Made by a program: the position numbers and the translations under genes. From Octopus bimaculoides (Eukaryota), in contig NC_068990.1 of the NCBI RefSeq assembly GCF_001194135.2, positions 24,347,932-24,411,931 of the forward strand: DNA of 64,000 bases, given 5' to 3'. The notes below the pieces were generated by a model. The model saw only the letters and a program-made list of their open reading frames with translations, did no database searches and was not told the origin of the DNA. The stretch's first letter is position 1, and every line of letters begins with the position of its first letter. This document shows positions 43,472-54,893 of this stretch, piece after piece.

Positions 43472-44152
43472 GCATAGTTTTAACGTCTCCTTTTCTATGT
43501 ATGCATGGATGAGACAGTATTCATTGAGGTAGATCTTTTATTACTAGATACCCGTCCTGTCCTCAAACTTCAATTATCTCTAAACATAGTAGTTTATTTA
43601 AGTGTGCTTGTGCGGTTCGTGCGCGAACGTGTGTATATGCATGTTTGTGCGTATGTGTGCAGTATGGCCGAATGTTTAAAAAGTTCATTTCACTGCAGTA
43701 AGGCCGCAGTTCTATCCTATCGCAAGGTATCATGGAAAATTGTCACTTTTTTTTTAGAGCTTGTACCGGCCATTGGTTTCTGTAAGCAATTGGGTAGAAG
43801 AAAATCACAGAAAAGGCCGTCGGATGGGTTGTACCTATACTTCAAAAGTAACCTGTCAAACTGCGAAATACACGTGTATTGAAGGGTACACGTGTCTGTG
43901 AAAATGCTCAGCCACTTACACGTTGATTCAAGAGGAGGTAATTTAGTTGTTCGCACAAGTGAATATTTACTTGGAATGACGGAGATCCATCACGTCATAT
44001 CTTTAATGAGCAAAACAATATATCATCACAATCATTGATACCACGGAACTTGCTGTTATTTATAACAATTTTTTTTATATCCGTTGTATGAAGTATTTCT
44101 TCGTATTTTTTGCACGGTAGCTGAACTCTCCCTTTTCATTGTGTCATTACAG

Positions 44153-44248
44153 GACTTGAATAACGAAACCATCAACCACTTAGACGCTGAAAATAGAAGA
44201 CAAACACTTGAAGAAGAGCTTGAATTCCAGAAAGACTTACATGCACAG
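44153..44248 (+). CDS. NF220: Neurofilament rod exon, end of coil 1B
   Basis: Acceptor cattacag, DLNNETINHLDAENRRQTLEEELEFQKDLHAQ, donor gtatgt. 96 bp, phase 0/0. Contains the IF/lamin DAENR.QTL.EEL.F motif. Too short for the ORF track. Confidence 0.95.
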
Positions 44249-44619
44249 GTATGTTAATATATATTTTGTAAGTAATCTTAGTAATCGACTCTGATTATTT
44301 TGTTCCATATTTGCTGTTGCCTTTCTTTGAACTCCATATGGTATATATTAAATAAAAACCCTGCTAAACCTATTGTTCTCGTCATAAAATCTCTCAATTC
44401 AAGCTAAAAAGACCGTAATTTGTTAACATTCTTTCTTCAACTGCACTCAGATCATGGGTCCAACAGATAAAGCCTAGCTTCTCCAAACATTTATATCACT
44501 TTCTCTATCACTAATATATCTCTTCTCTCAATCTCCCCCACTCTCTCTCTCTCTCTCTCTCTCACTTTCTCTCTGGCTCTATTTGTCTCTCTTTTCTCTT
44601 TCATTGCATTCTATTTCCA

Positions 44620-45570
44620 TAAAGGACACCATCTATGATTCCACTACGTTATCAGCTCATTGGTCCCACTCCCAGTATATTGCAATCAATCCTTGATCTC
44701 CAATTCTGCAACATATGAATTCCCTATCATTCCTGAATGACCACATTTATACCAAATCCTCTGGAGATTTGAGAAACTAATTGAAAATCACGTTGTTCCA
44801 CCCAGCCATGCTTGACAATTACTTTTCTCTGTCAGTCGTCTTTTAGACTGTAAGCTTTCTGCTGACAGCCATTATTCTCACACCATGTGTTGATGGAACA
44901 CGCTTTCACACACATCATTGACGTGTGGTGTATGACATGATTTGCACGTCTCTTCACACGCTTTCCCTGTATATCAACAACCTACTTGCCGTCACCTAAA
45001 ACTAAACCCTTTCGCTCTTGTCTAGCATTTGTCGTATAAAAGTCATCATCTTAGAACGCGGATGATAAACTTGCGCTAATTCTATAAAATATTTTTCACA
45101 GGGTCGTAACAATATTGACTCCTTGAACAGAGCAGGGGAGGTACACAACCACTGGGCATGTGACAGTATACCTGCTCAAGACATGAACAATAAGACTTAA
45201 CTAAAACCTAATAAGTAAAAATGTGGGAGAAATTGAATTTCTACAGACGTCCTCACATTCAAAACATATCAAAAAATTGCAGCCCATACACTGATATTTT
45301 GTGTTAAAAAATTGTACAAATCCCAACTCTTGCTAACTCTCTGTAAAGCTGAATCCGGACCCACAACTGGAATGGTGTTACACCTAGAGAGAAAGGCATC
45401 CTACATCCCAAATCCTTCATAAAACAGGCCGTACAACCGATAGGTATGAAGTAGCTCACCAACACACAGCAACTTTGGTTCACCCATTTTGTCTTAACGC
45501 TGTCTCTCCATTACAACAATGAACTTCTCAAAGCTGGCTCCATCCAGTTCACTCGTCTCGCTCTGTTCTA
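44620..45570 (+). mobile_element. Decayed CR1/L2/Jockey-group LINE reverse-transcriptase fragment
   Basis: Frame-broken remnants in the expected order: CVDGT (44886), LYINNL (44967; RT YINDL motif), QLLLTLCKA (45324; cf. LLTLYKAQIRP). Many stops and frameshifts. Confidence 0.5.
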
Positions 45571-45647
45571 TTTCTCTCTCTTGTCAAATATACTGGTTAT
45601 ATCTTTTGAAGTCCTAAGCTAAACACTATATCTATACTTCTTCCATA

Positions 45648-45965
45648 GTGAAGACGCACGGTTCAGTGGTTACAGGGTCGCTGTTAAAATCGAGAGGTTG
45701 TGAGTTCGATTCCTGGACCTGGCTGTGTGTTGAGCAAATCACTTTATTTCACGTTGCTCCTGTTCATTCAGCTGTAGGAATGATTTGCGGCGTCACTAAT
45801 GCCAAGCTTTTTGGCCGTTTCTTTCTCTTTGAACAACATCGGGGGCGAGGAGTGGAGACCGGTATGCATAGGTGACTGCTTGTCTTCCAAAAACACCTCG
45901 CCCGGACTTGTGCATCAGAAGGGAACTTTCTAGTGCAATCCCACGGTCAATCTTCCATTAAGAAC
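45648..45965 (+). mobile_element. tRNA-derived SINE, family C
   Basis: A-box-like ggttcagtggtta, B-box gttcgattcc (45704), then gctgtgtgttgagcaaatcactttatttcacgttgctcc. Confidence 0.65.
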
Positions 45966-46428
45966 CAGACTTCTATGATTCAAGGAGAGCATTAGCTGGA
46001 TTGGTTTCACAAACTTCGACGGGCCTGTGGAAACCGTGGGTGCAGCCCCCAAAATCAATGTAAAATATCAGATCCCAGCAAAAAGCGGGATCCTTAGAAA
46101 ACATACATATAAAGTTTCCTGGTGAAAATAACGTATGTACATGGATTAATTGAAAATATTTATATTTGACTACCGTTTTAGAAATGCCTTCATCTGGAAG
46201 CAATATAGCATTACAATTTTGATATTAATAAGATGAGCGTAAAAAAATAATTTGGGCTGTTCACTAATCTATATTTCTTCATATTTAAAATCATTTTCTG
46301 ATGAACCACCAAAAATGTTTTGAAACCGGTGAAATCTTTAGGGGTGGTTTCTCAAAACTTTTTATAATTTAATGTAGCTCGCTATAAACCAAATCGTTAA
46401 ATATAACGAATGCTGTTTATTTTTACAG

Positions 46429-46590
46429 GAGCTGAAAGAATTGGCAGCTCTCGCATACCGAGACACAACCGCTGAAAACCGTGAATTCTGGAGGAACGAA
46501 CTATCTCAAGCTATTCGTGACATTCAACAAGAATATGATGCCAAATGTGATCAAATGCGTGGAGATATGGAAGCATATTACAATCTCAAA
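46429..46590 (+). CDS. NF220: Neurofilament rod exon, linker L12 and start of coil 2
   Basis: Acceptor ttttacag, ELKELAALAYRDTTAENREFWRNELSQAIRDIQQEYDAKCDQMRGDMEAYYNLK, donor gtaaga. 162 bp, phase 0/0. Confidence 0.95.
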
Positions 46591-47390
46591 GTAAGACTTT
46601 CTTTTATCAAAACAAAATTTTAAATGATTGTAAACATTCAATCATACCCTTTACTATTTCACTGACATTTCATTGATAATAATTTACAAATATGTTCTGC
46701 AATAGACCATAATTGATAAGCTTCTTCATAGCGTATAAACTTGTAAACCAGAATTAAGTTAATCTAATAGACTCAATGAATACTCAATAACGATTACGAT
46801 ATGGCTACAAAAAATTAACTTCAAACTGTAGATAAGTTGCTTGCGTTCAGTCAGTGGGAAATGCATATAACTCAATCTTTCTCACTACCCATACAATAAA
46901 TTCCACAACATCGTTGACAAAATAGGTTAGATGAAAGGTAGAATAGCTTTAACATTCTACCACAACCAACTCTGAAAAATTGTCTGTATCCTTCTTACGC
47001 TGAAACTTGAACATTGTAATAGTAATCAATATAAATTTCTAATGTTGGCAGAATATGAGAAAGGCGTCCCCGTTATTTGGATCGTCTCTAATTAAAGATT
47101 GAGTGATTATTAACAAACACTGATACATATTAAACTGTATCCATTCTCCCATCCATCTTCTCCACCCACTATTCTGGGGAAGTTCCGATTGGTAGTGTCC
47201 TCAGGTACCTCCTCCATGTGTCTCTTATCAGAATCAACTTTCATCACATTTTCTAGTTAAACTGTACATAACTTAATATATCATATTTAAACAATATATT
47301 ATATTGTTCTGAAGTAACATACTTTGAACTGCTAATATCGAATCCAGATCGATAGTTAACAGCGCTTTTTATATCTTTTCTTTTTAACAG

Positions 47391-47516
47391 GTTCAAGAAT
47401 TCCGTACCGGTGCTACCAAACAAAATATGGAAGTTACTCGCAACAAAGAAGAAAATGTAAAACTGAAAAGCAATATGAACGAAATTCGTAACAGACTTAC
47501 TGACTTAGAAGCAAGG
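47391..47516 (+). CDS. NF220: Neurofilament rod exon, coil 2
   Basis: Acceptor tttttaacag, VQEFRTGATKQNMEVTRNKEENVKLKSNMNEIRNRLTDLEAR, donor gtatgt. 126 bp, phase 0/0. Confidence 0.95.
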
Positions 47517-47597
47517 GTATGTATTGCCATTAACGTCCTCTTTCGCAAGCTCTTGTTTTCTGTACTTTGTTTATGCTCTTGCAAATATAAAGTACAG

Positions 47598-47634
<37 letters not shown>

Positions 47635-48224
47635 CACACACACACACACATGTATATGTATATATATATATATTGTAGAAGTTATTGATACGAACAACTT
47701 GTAATGTAATGTAGTTTAATGTATTGTAAAAATGTGTAGAGAAGCCTATATGGGTATTCGCGTATGTTCAAGGCAGCAAAGTGTTCCAATATTCTAGTAT
47801 TTTTCTACCAATTCGTTGCCAGGCGAAAGGTGTAAACGTTTACAGTAAAACTGAACTTCTACTGGTTATTTTTCTCAACCAGGTAAATGTATTACCGGCT
47901 TATAAGCGGTTTACGCCAGTGATGAGTAACTTGTAAAACATGGTATTAGCAATAGTTATTAAATATTTTATGCAATAAAGGTCATATATTCTAAATATAT
48001 GTGCTTCATATGAACAGTTCTATTCATAACAGCATGATCGTAAAGATTAAACATCGATGCGAGTCATTGTCTGTGACATTTGATTTGAGCGTCGCATATA
48101 ATATTAGATCTGTTTCAGCTACCGAATAACAAAGTAGATATTTGTTGTCTCTGTATATACAAAAGACATGCAGCAACAAGGATATGAGGAAGAGAAAGTT
48201 ATGAATTATCATCAGAATAAACAG

Positions 48225-48565
48225 CTGGCACGATTGCTTGCAACAGAGGTGGCTCTCCTGAGGTCATCCAAATGACCAGATGGTAATGTTATCCTAGTTG
48301 ATGGATCAATGACTGGATTATGCTCTTTTCCGAATCGTAAAGACTCATTGGGCCGGTTTCCCAGTTTCTTGGGTTCTGTGGCATATATATTCCCCTCCAT
48401 GGACGAGACGCAAGTTAGTTGCAAGTTTACTCATTTTTTCCAACTGAGTGGGCTAGAGCAACTTAAAATGAAGTGTTCTGTTCAAGAACACAACGCATTG
48501 ACCCTTCCAAGAATCAAAACCACAATAATACGATAATGAATCCAACACCCATAATCACTAAGCTG
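48225..48565 (-). mobile_element. Decayed family C-like SINE
   Basis: gagtgggctagagcaacttaaaatgaagtgttctgttcaagaacacaac is the reverse complement of the family C core. Confidence 0.5.
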
Positions 48566-48839
48566 CGGTCATGAGCCCAAAGTCCCTATCCACTAAGCCA
48601 ATACCATCACTACTAAAACTGGTGCAGTCCATCCAATAGGCTTCCACGATGTTTCCATTTCATATACGTTCACGCATATGGCTTCAGTCATCTTAGGTTA
48701 TGTCAAGACTTAGTGAAGATGAAACACAATGTAATCTAACTCACAGCAGCGTGATTGTGAAGCAGTCCAAGTGTTAAAAGTCTTAGTAGGAGTAGTATTT
48801 GTAATTAAAGTTTTATTAAATAAAACTGTTACATTACTT

Positions 48840-48955
48840 AACGTCCCCCGAAAGGATGAAAAGCAAAGTTGAGCTCAGCATGTAAAGAGCCGGAATAAAT
48901 ACCGCTGAACATTTGGTCCGACGTGCAAACGATTCTGCTGGCTCGCTGTCTTGGC
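48840..48955 (-). mobile_element. SINE family B fragment
   Basis: cccccgaaaggatgaaaagcaaagt...aacgattctgctggctcgctgtctt. Confidence 0.6.
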
Positions 48956-49182
48956 ATTTCTAAATAATAATGAAAAAATAAAGATACTAATAATTTATCC
49001 TAATACCGACACAAGCTCTGATATCTTGGTAGTTGGGATGTCACTCGATTAAATCGTCTCGAATATTTAAGTGATCCCAGAATGATGAAAGGCAAAGCTT
49101 GACATCAATAACAATATTGTTAGCAATGGAATTAATCCATCTCGTTAATGATTTATTGACATCATTATTTATATATTGACGA

Positions 49183-49380
49183 AGGCAGCGAGCTGGCACA
49201 AACGTTATGATTAGTGTCATTTCGCCCGTCATTACGTTCAAATACCGCCGAGGTCGACTTTCCCTTTTATCCTTCGGGTCGATAGAAATAAGTTCCAGTC
49301 GAGCACTGGGGTCGATGTAGTCGACTTGTTCCCTATCCCCTAAATTTTAGTCAATGTGCCTATAGAAGAAAGGGTTATTT
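49183..49380 (+). mobile_element. SINE family B copy
   Basis: aaggcagcgagctggca...ccgccgaggtcgacttt...gagcactggggtcgatgtagtcgact. Confidence 0.7.
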
Positions 49381-51176
49381 ATACATTGATAATATCAGTG
49401 TGACTAGGTCATAAGGCCAACTTTTTTGTGTAGAAATGCGTGTGATATATAACTGTCAGTTGTAGCAAACTAGGATAATATCAAATACAATTTGTACTGT
49501 CTCTTGACATTACTATCACACCCACAAATATATATCAACGTTATTATATATGAACACAGCTATCATATGTACACTCCTTTTACTCTATATTGTTCATTTC
49601 TATTATGTATCGTTGGTATTACTTATGTATATCTCCACGTTACCGTATTCACTGAAAAGTAAATGTATCGTTTACTTGTTTAGGGAGTAAGCATCTAATT
49701 TTCTTGCCCGTCATATGGAGACTTTTCATGTTTGCTCGACCTGTGATAAAAAGAAATTGAATCTCCCTCAAAGCACATCTCACTTTTCTTAAGGAACAGA
49801 AGAATACATTTGATAATGTAGTTCTGGATACATAGAACTTGAAAAAAGGTGGACTTTTCCTAGAAAATATCTTTGATCACAGAAACAAGGTTAACAAAGA
49901 AAATGAAATAATAATAGGAGTGTACAGTTTAAGGCAGCCAATAGAAATCCGCCTATAAAAATATAGCGTTTCATAACTGCCGAACACATCGTTTTTGGGG
50001 TGTAGCTTGAAGAAAGAAATCTTCCGTGTTAACACATTGTAGGTATACACTGTCACAGCAACCTATTTAAAGGGAATTGCTACAAATCAACAAACTCTCG
50101 GATCAGTTGATATTATATATTTAAATGAAATTTAATATCAACATTACTATTTGTATGTCGTACAAAACTGCTAAACAGATAAAGTATTAAACTTTCACTG
50201 TTTGAGTTCAAAACGCCTGTTCGAGCATTGTATCTCTGGACATACTCGTAATACTACATACTACAGTCATCTTAGCAGTAAAGTACGCATATAAAGCCAA
50301 TTGATATGTTAAAGGAGAAACACCACTATCATGTCAAATGTAAGGTTTATTTTATATTCGAAGATATCCTGAATAGATTGACGTAGCTTGAGGCATGTGG
50401 GATTTTCGGACCGCACACCGAAGCCATTTGTGAAAATATCTTTCGAAGTGTTTTACAGTTACGATAAGGAGTGACCAACTTGGCTACTTACCAGCACAGG
50501 GTTGACATAACCCATGGTTCACCGCTGGAAAAAGGAGTCAATATTACTCCAGCAGAGTAGTCCTTAAAGTTTTTGAATAGATTCAGTAAATATAATGTAT
50601 ACCATGTTAGACTTTTAGGAAATTTGAAAAAAATGTCTAATATGGAGGAACAGTTATATTAGTGCTATTTCTACTTATCAATATTATATCATTACAACTC
50701 AATAAAATTTACATCCTTTTAGAATATGGACATAAATTTGGACATATTATTTGGAGTATATTTACTTGTCCCCAGAGCCAAATAATTGTTCATCTCAGTA
50801 ATTTAATTCAGGGGCAAATACATAAATAGTAATGATACTTCCAAAACATTGAGTTGTATGAGTTAGAAAAATGATAGCGACGCAGACTGTATAAAATGGT
50901 AAATAGATATATGTTTCTGTTACTATCGAATGAAAAAACGCCAGTATCTAAACGTTAGTTTTGCTTATCTTAAAGTATGTTCTTAAGGCAACAAGAAGGC
51001 AACCATTATATGCACGACTTTTCTAACAGTGATAACACCACTAACAATGGCAATAATACTTTCAACAAATTAAGCATTTGTACAGCCATTATAAATTTCG
51101 ATATTTCATTTTTTTTTTTTTTACTTTTCACGTCTTAATTTAAATCTAAACGATTTTTTTTATATTTTGCTTACAG

Positions 51177-51397
51177 AATGCTCAACTGGAAAGAACAAAT
51201 CAAGATTTGATGCGAGAATTAGAAGAAAAAGATAGGCAAAACGAATTGGAAAGTTCTCAATACAAAGAAGAAATTACCAAATTACGTGGAGAAATGGAAA
51301 GCATTTTGAAAGAACTGCAAGATTTGATGGATATCAAACTATCACTTGAATTAGAAATTGCTGCATACAGGAAGTTGTTGGAAGGAGAAGAGACCAG
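51177..51397 (+). CDS. NF220: Neurofilament rod exon, end of coil 2 with IF signature
   Basis: Acceptor ttgcttacag, NAQLERTNQDLMRELEEK...DLMDIKLSLELEIAAYRKLLEGEET+AG, donor gtaggt at 51398. The LEIAAYRKLLEGEE motif is the IF helix-termination signature. 221 bp, phase 0/2. Confidence 0.97.
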
Positions 51398-54300
51398 GTA
51401 GGTGAAACATTAATATCTGTATTAATATAATTGTTGCTTTTTTTCGTTTATGGAGAGTTTTGAAGAATGGGTCATGTAAGAAATGCGTTCAAGTTTGTCA
51501 AATGATTAGTTTGATCATAGAATTAAGCATTATGAATTTCTATAAATATCTTTCTGCGAAGTTGATCGAATGTCAGATTAATTTCCTTCGGGGAAATCAA
51601 ATAAACTATTAGTTTTAATATTGATATGTTGCTTTCGATTGGAATATTGGTAAAATTTACTAATATATAAAAAAAAGAAAGCATAACGTATAGATAAATC
51701 TGTGTTGGAGTTTGTATATGATGAAAGACATTGATGATCAATACCTTTGTTATTTTGGAGGTATTACTTGAGATCAAAAAGAAAGTACGAGATCGAAATA
51801 CAAATGTTTCATACAATATGTAACGAGATATAAACCTTTAAGATCCATATAGATCTTAAAGGTGGAAACGTTATTAGTTCCTATCTTTAAGAATCTCGTG
51901 TACAAACATTCGCATTTAATTTCCTACAAGCATTTTAATTGAACAATCTTTTTCGTCGATGTCTTTTACCGGTTTGAACCGGAATATATGAAGAAATAAT
52001 TTGTGTACGTAACAAAACTTGTTACAATATTTACGAGTGTATATACGAATCATATGCGCGTTCCTATACGTAAAATATTGCATTAGGCTATTATGTGCTT
52101 GTTTTATCGCTAATAATGTATCCTTTAGCAGAGATTTCAGCCTAAAGAATTAATATAAACGCTTTTGAAACGGTGAAATTGTATAGAAAATTATGAATTG
52201 TTGGGAAAAGCAAATCGGTTGCATTTTATACACTTTTAACGACCGATCACGTAAGTTGAGAAAAGATTTGTACATTTTCTACAGCTCTTTTGCTTTTGTC
52301 TTTACCAGCAAAAAAAAAAAAATTAATAAAAATACATGTCCGACTAGCGTCATTACTCGCATCATCATTACTGAGCCTCGTTCTCCCTTTGTGATATAAT
52401 CGAAATTTCAAGTAGAGATTCATCAAGGCATTCCTGAGCGCATCAATCAATTAATTAGTGTTGGCTATTTCTTACTCATTTATTTATCATATTTTCTCTA
52501 TATATTTATTTATGTATTATTTCATTATTCATTACATTCAGTGTTATTTTTTCCTGAAATGCATTGACGCACGGATTAATACCTATTTTTCAAACAATAA
52601 TAATAGATGATTTTCAAAAGTATGACTAAATTTCCGATTTGATACTCTATCTCGGTTTTTTCGGCATTTGATAATGTGTGCTCCTGAAGTTGTAGGAAAA
52701 GAAATAAGAAAAATAACTATTTGTTGGTTACCATTTAAGTATTCAGACTTTTATGGAATATACATAAATCAATATACTGATAGATAGTTTTAGAATATGT
52801 CAATGAAAAATAGATGTTGAAAAGTGTGACAATGTATTTTACTGTTGTAATGAATCTGCTATCATACGTCAAGCTTTATTTAAGTTCATAGCTTCAAGAA
52901 ATACAAAATCGGTCCTAAAATCTTGCAACTCCTTTCTTCAAATTCTTATGTTGAACTCTATGGCATAAATCTGGAAATGTGGCTATTCATCTCACTGTAT
53001 TGTCCATTAGTAATGTGTTTAATAAAAATGGCATTGGAATTAAGTCAGCTTTTGGGCATGAATATTCATGGCAGAAAATATTTTCTATGTATTTTCAATT
53101 ACTTTATAATTTGCGTGGTGTTAATGTGAAGAAAGTGTCTTATTCTTTAGTATTATTATACCACTGCAGTTTAAATTTCGTTATTGGCTTTTTTTCTGTT
53201 TAATATTAATATATTTCTTCAAGAATAAGTTTCACGCTATCGGTGTGTCTCGATATATATTTTATGCGAGATAAATGAATGTATTGTATTGTTAAAAATA
53301 TTTAAGGATACCATGCTTTATCAGCAAAATGTCCATTAGATGCAGTCATATGCTTTTAATAAATACTTTCAGTAAAATAGCATTATGTATACATTACTTA
53401 GGAGGTTAATGGTACGTTCAAAATTTATAGTATGTTTTATTTGTCTATCAGAGATTAGAGTCAATCAAAATAAAGTATGAATGTAATTTCGTTATATATA
53501 TATATATATTTATAGTGGCTTGTACTTCCAGTAGATGTTTACTAGCGAGATGTGAGCTCATGAATGTATAGTTTGGCAACAAAGGACTACAATACTGTCA
53601 GTAAAAAAAAAATGGTACTGAAAATTCAAGAAATCATTTCACTGTATACATAGAAGGATCCTTATTATGAAGGCCCTCATCAACATTGACGGCATTATCG
53701 ATATTGTTATCATCATCATCATTGACACTTATGAAGAAAAAATTACACTTCAGTATTATTCAGTAATATCATTTCTGCCGTGTTCTGGATTATTATGGTT
53801 TGGACATTTTCAAGATCAATGTGTCAGCATTTTAGCAATTCATCATTCATGTGTTGAAAGTAACCAACTGAACAGATTTATGTCATAAGAAACTCCCCGA
53901 GTTACAATGATTAATGTTTAATTCACCTTGGCCGGTTACCAGAACTTTTGTATTTCTAAAGTTTCATAGCATCATCTCGGATATTTAGATATTGATTGCT
54001 GCAATTAAATGAAACAAAACACAATCAATATCACAAAGAAGAATATTTACCTATCATTAAATGCTATTATTCTAACAGCTTCGGCCATGTATCCACAATG
54101 AATCAGATCATAATGCAACGTCTCGGCAGAACACATATAACTATACATATCGTTAAATATAATTCAAATCACTTCAATGAAAAACATACATTTATAAATA
54201 TGTTCATTTTTACCGACAACATAGGGTATTGGTTAACTATTTTTAACGTCGAACTGTTATTAGATATTTAATGATAATGAAGGTTCTTCTTTAATGGTCA

Positions 54301-54849
54301 TCGATTATTTGCCTTAACAAATGTATTACCAAACATATACCATCTGTCATTGAGTGTGAGTGTAAGTGTGATGAGAGTAAGTGGATAGTTATTTTCAATT
54401 TTAACTAGCATAACAACTGTAGAGCAGTGATTCATATATATATATATATAAGATCGGAAGAGCGTCGNNNNNNNNNNNNNNNNNNNNNNNNNNNNNNNNN
54501 NNNNNNNNNNNNNNNNNNNNNNNNNNNNNNNNNNNNNNNNNNNNNNNNNNNNNNNNNNNNNNNNNNNNNNNNNNNNNNNNNNNNNNNNNNNNNNNNNNNN
54601 NNNNNNNNNNNNNNNNNNNNNNNNNNNNNNNNNNNNNNNNNNNNNNNNNNNNNNNNNNNNNNNNNNNNNNNNNNNNNNNNNNNNNNNNNNNNNNNNNNNN
54701 NNNNNNNNNNNNNNNNNNNNNNNNNNNNNNNNNNNNNNNNNNNNNNNNNNNNNNNNNNNNNNNNNNNNNNNNNNNNNNNNNNNNNNNNNNNNNNNNNNNN
54801 NNNNNNNNNNNNNNNNNNNNNNNNNNNNNNNNNNNNNNNNNNNNNNNNN

Positions 54850-54893
<44 letters not shown>

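Larger units (their letters stand above)
27237..44152 (+). other. GT-AG intron, 16916 bp
   Basis: Joining gives ...EMEKLRM|DLNNET..., a continuous coil 1B with the spacing expected for protostome IFs, so no exon is needed in between. Confidence 0.85.

Noticed and set aside
45648-45720. tRNA-like A/B boxes (also at 7600-7671 and 14171-14260)
   Set aside because: They run into SINE bodies and I could not fold a cloverleaf; these are SINE heads, not tRNA genes.
6990-49380. Recurrent conserved blocks that might suggest a CRISPR-like array
   Set aside because: Dispersed, irregularly spaced, on both strands and in eukaryotic introns; explained by SINE families.
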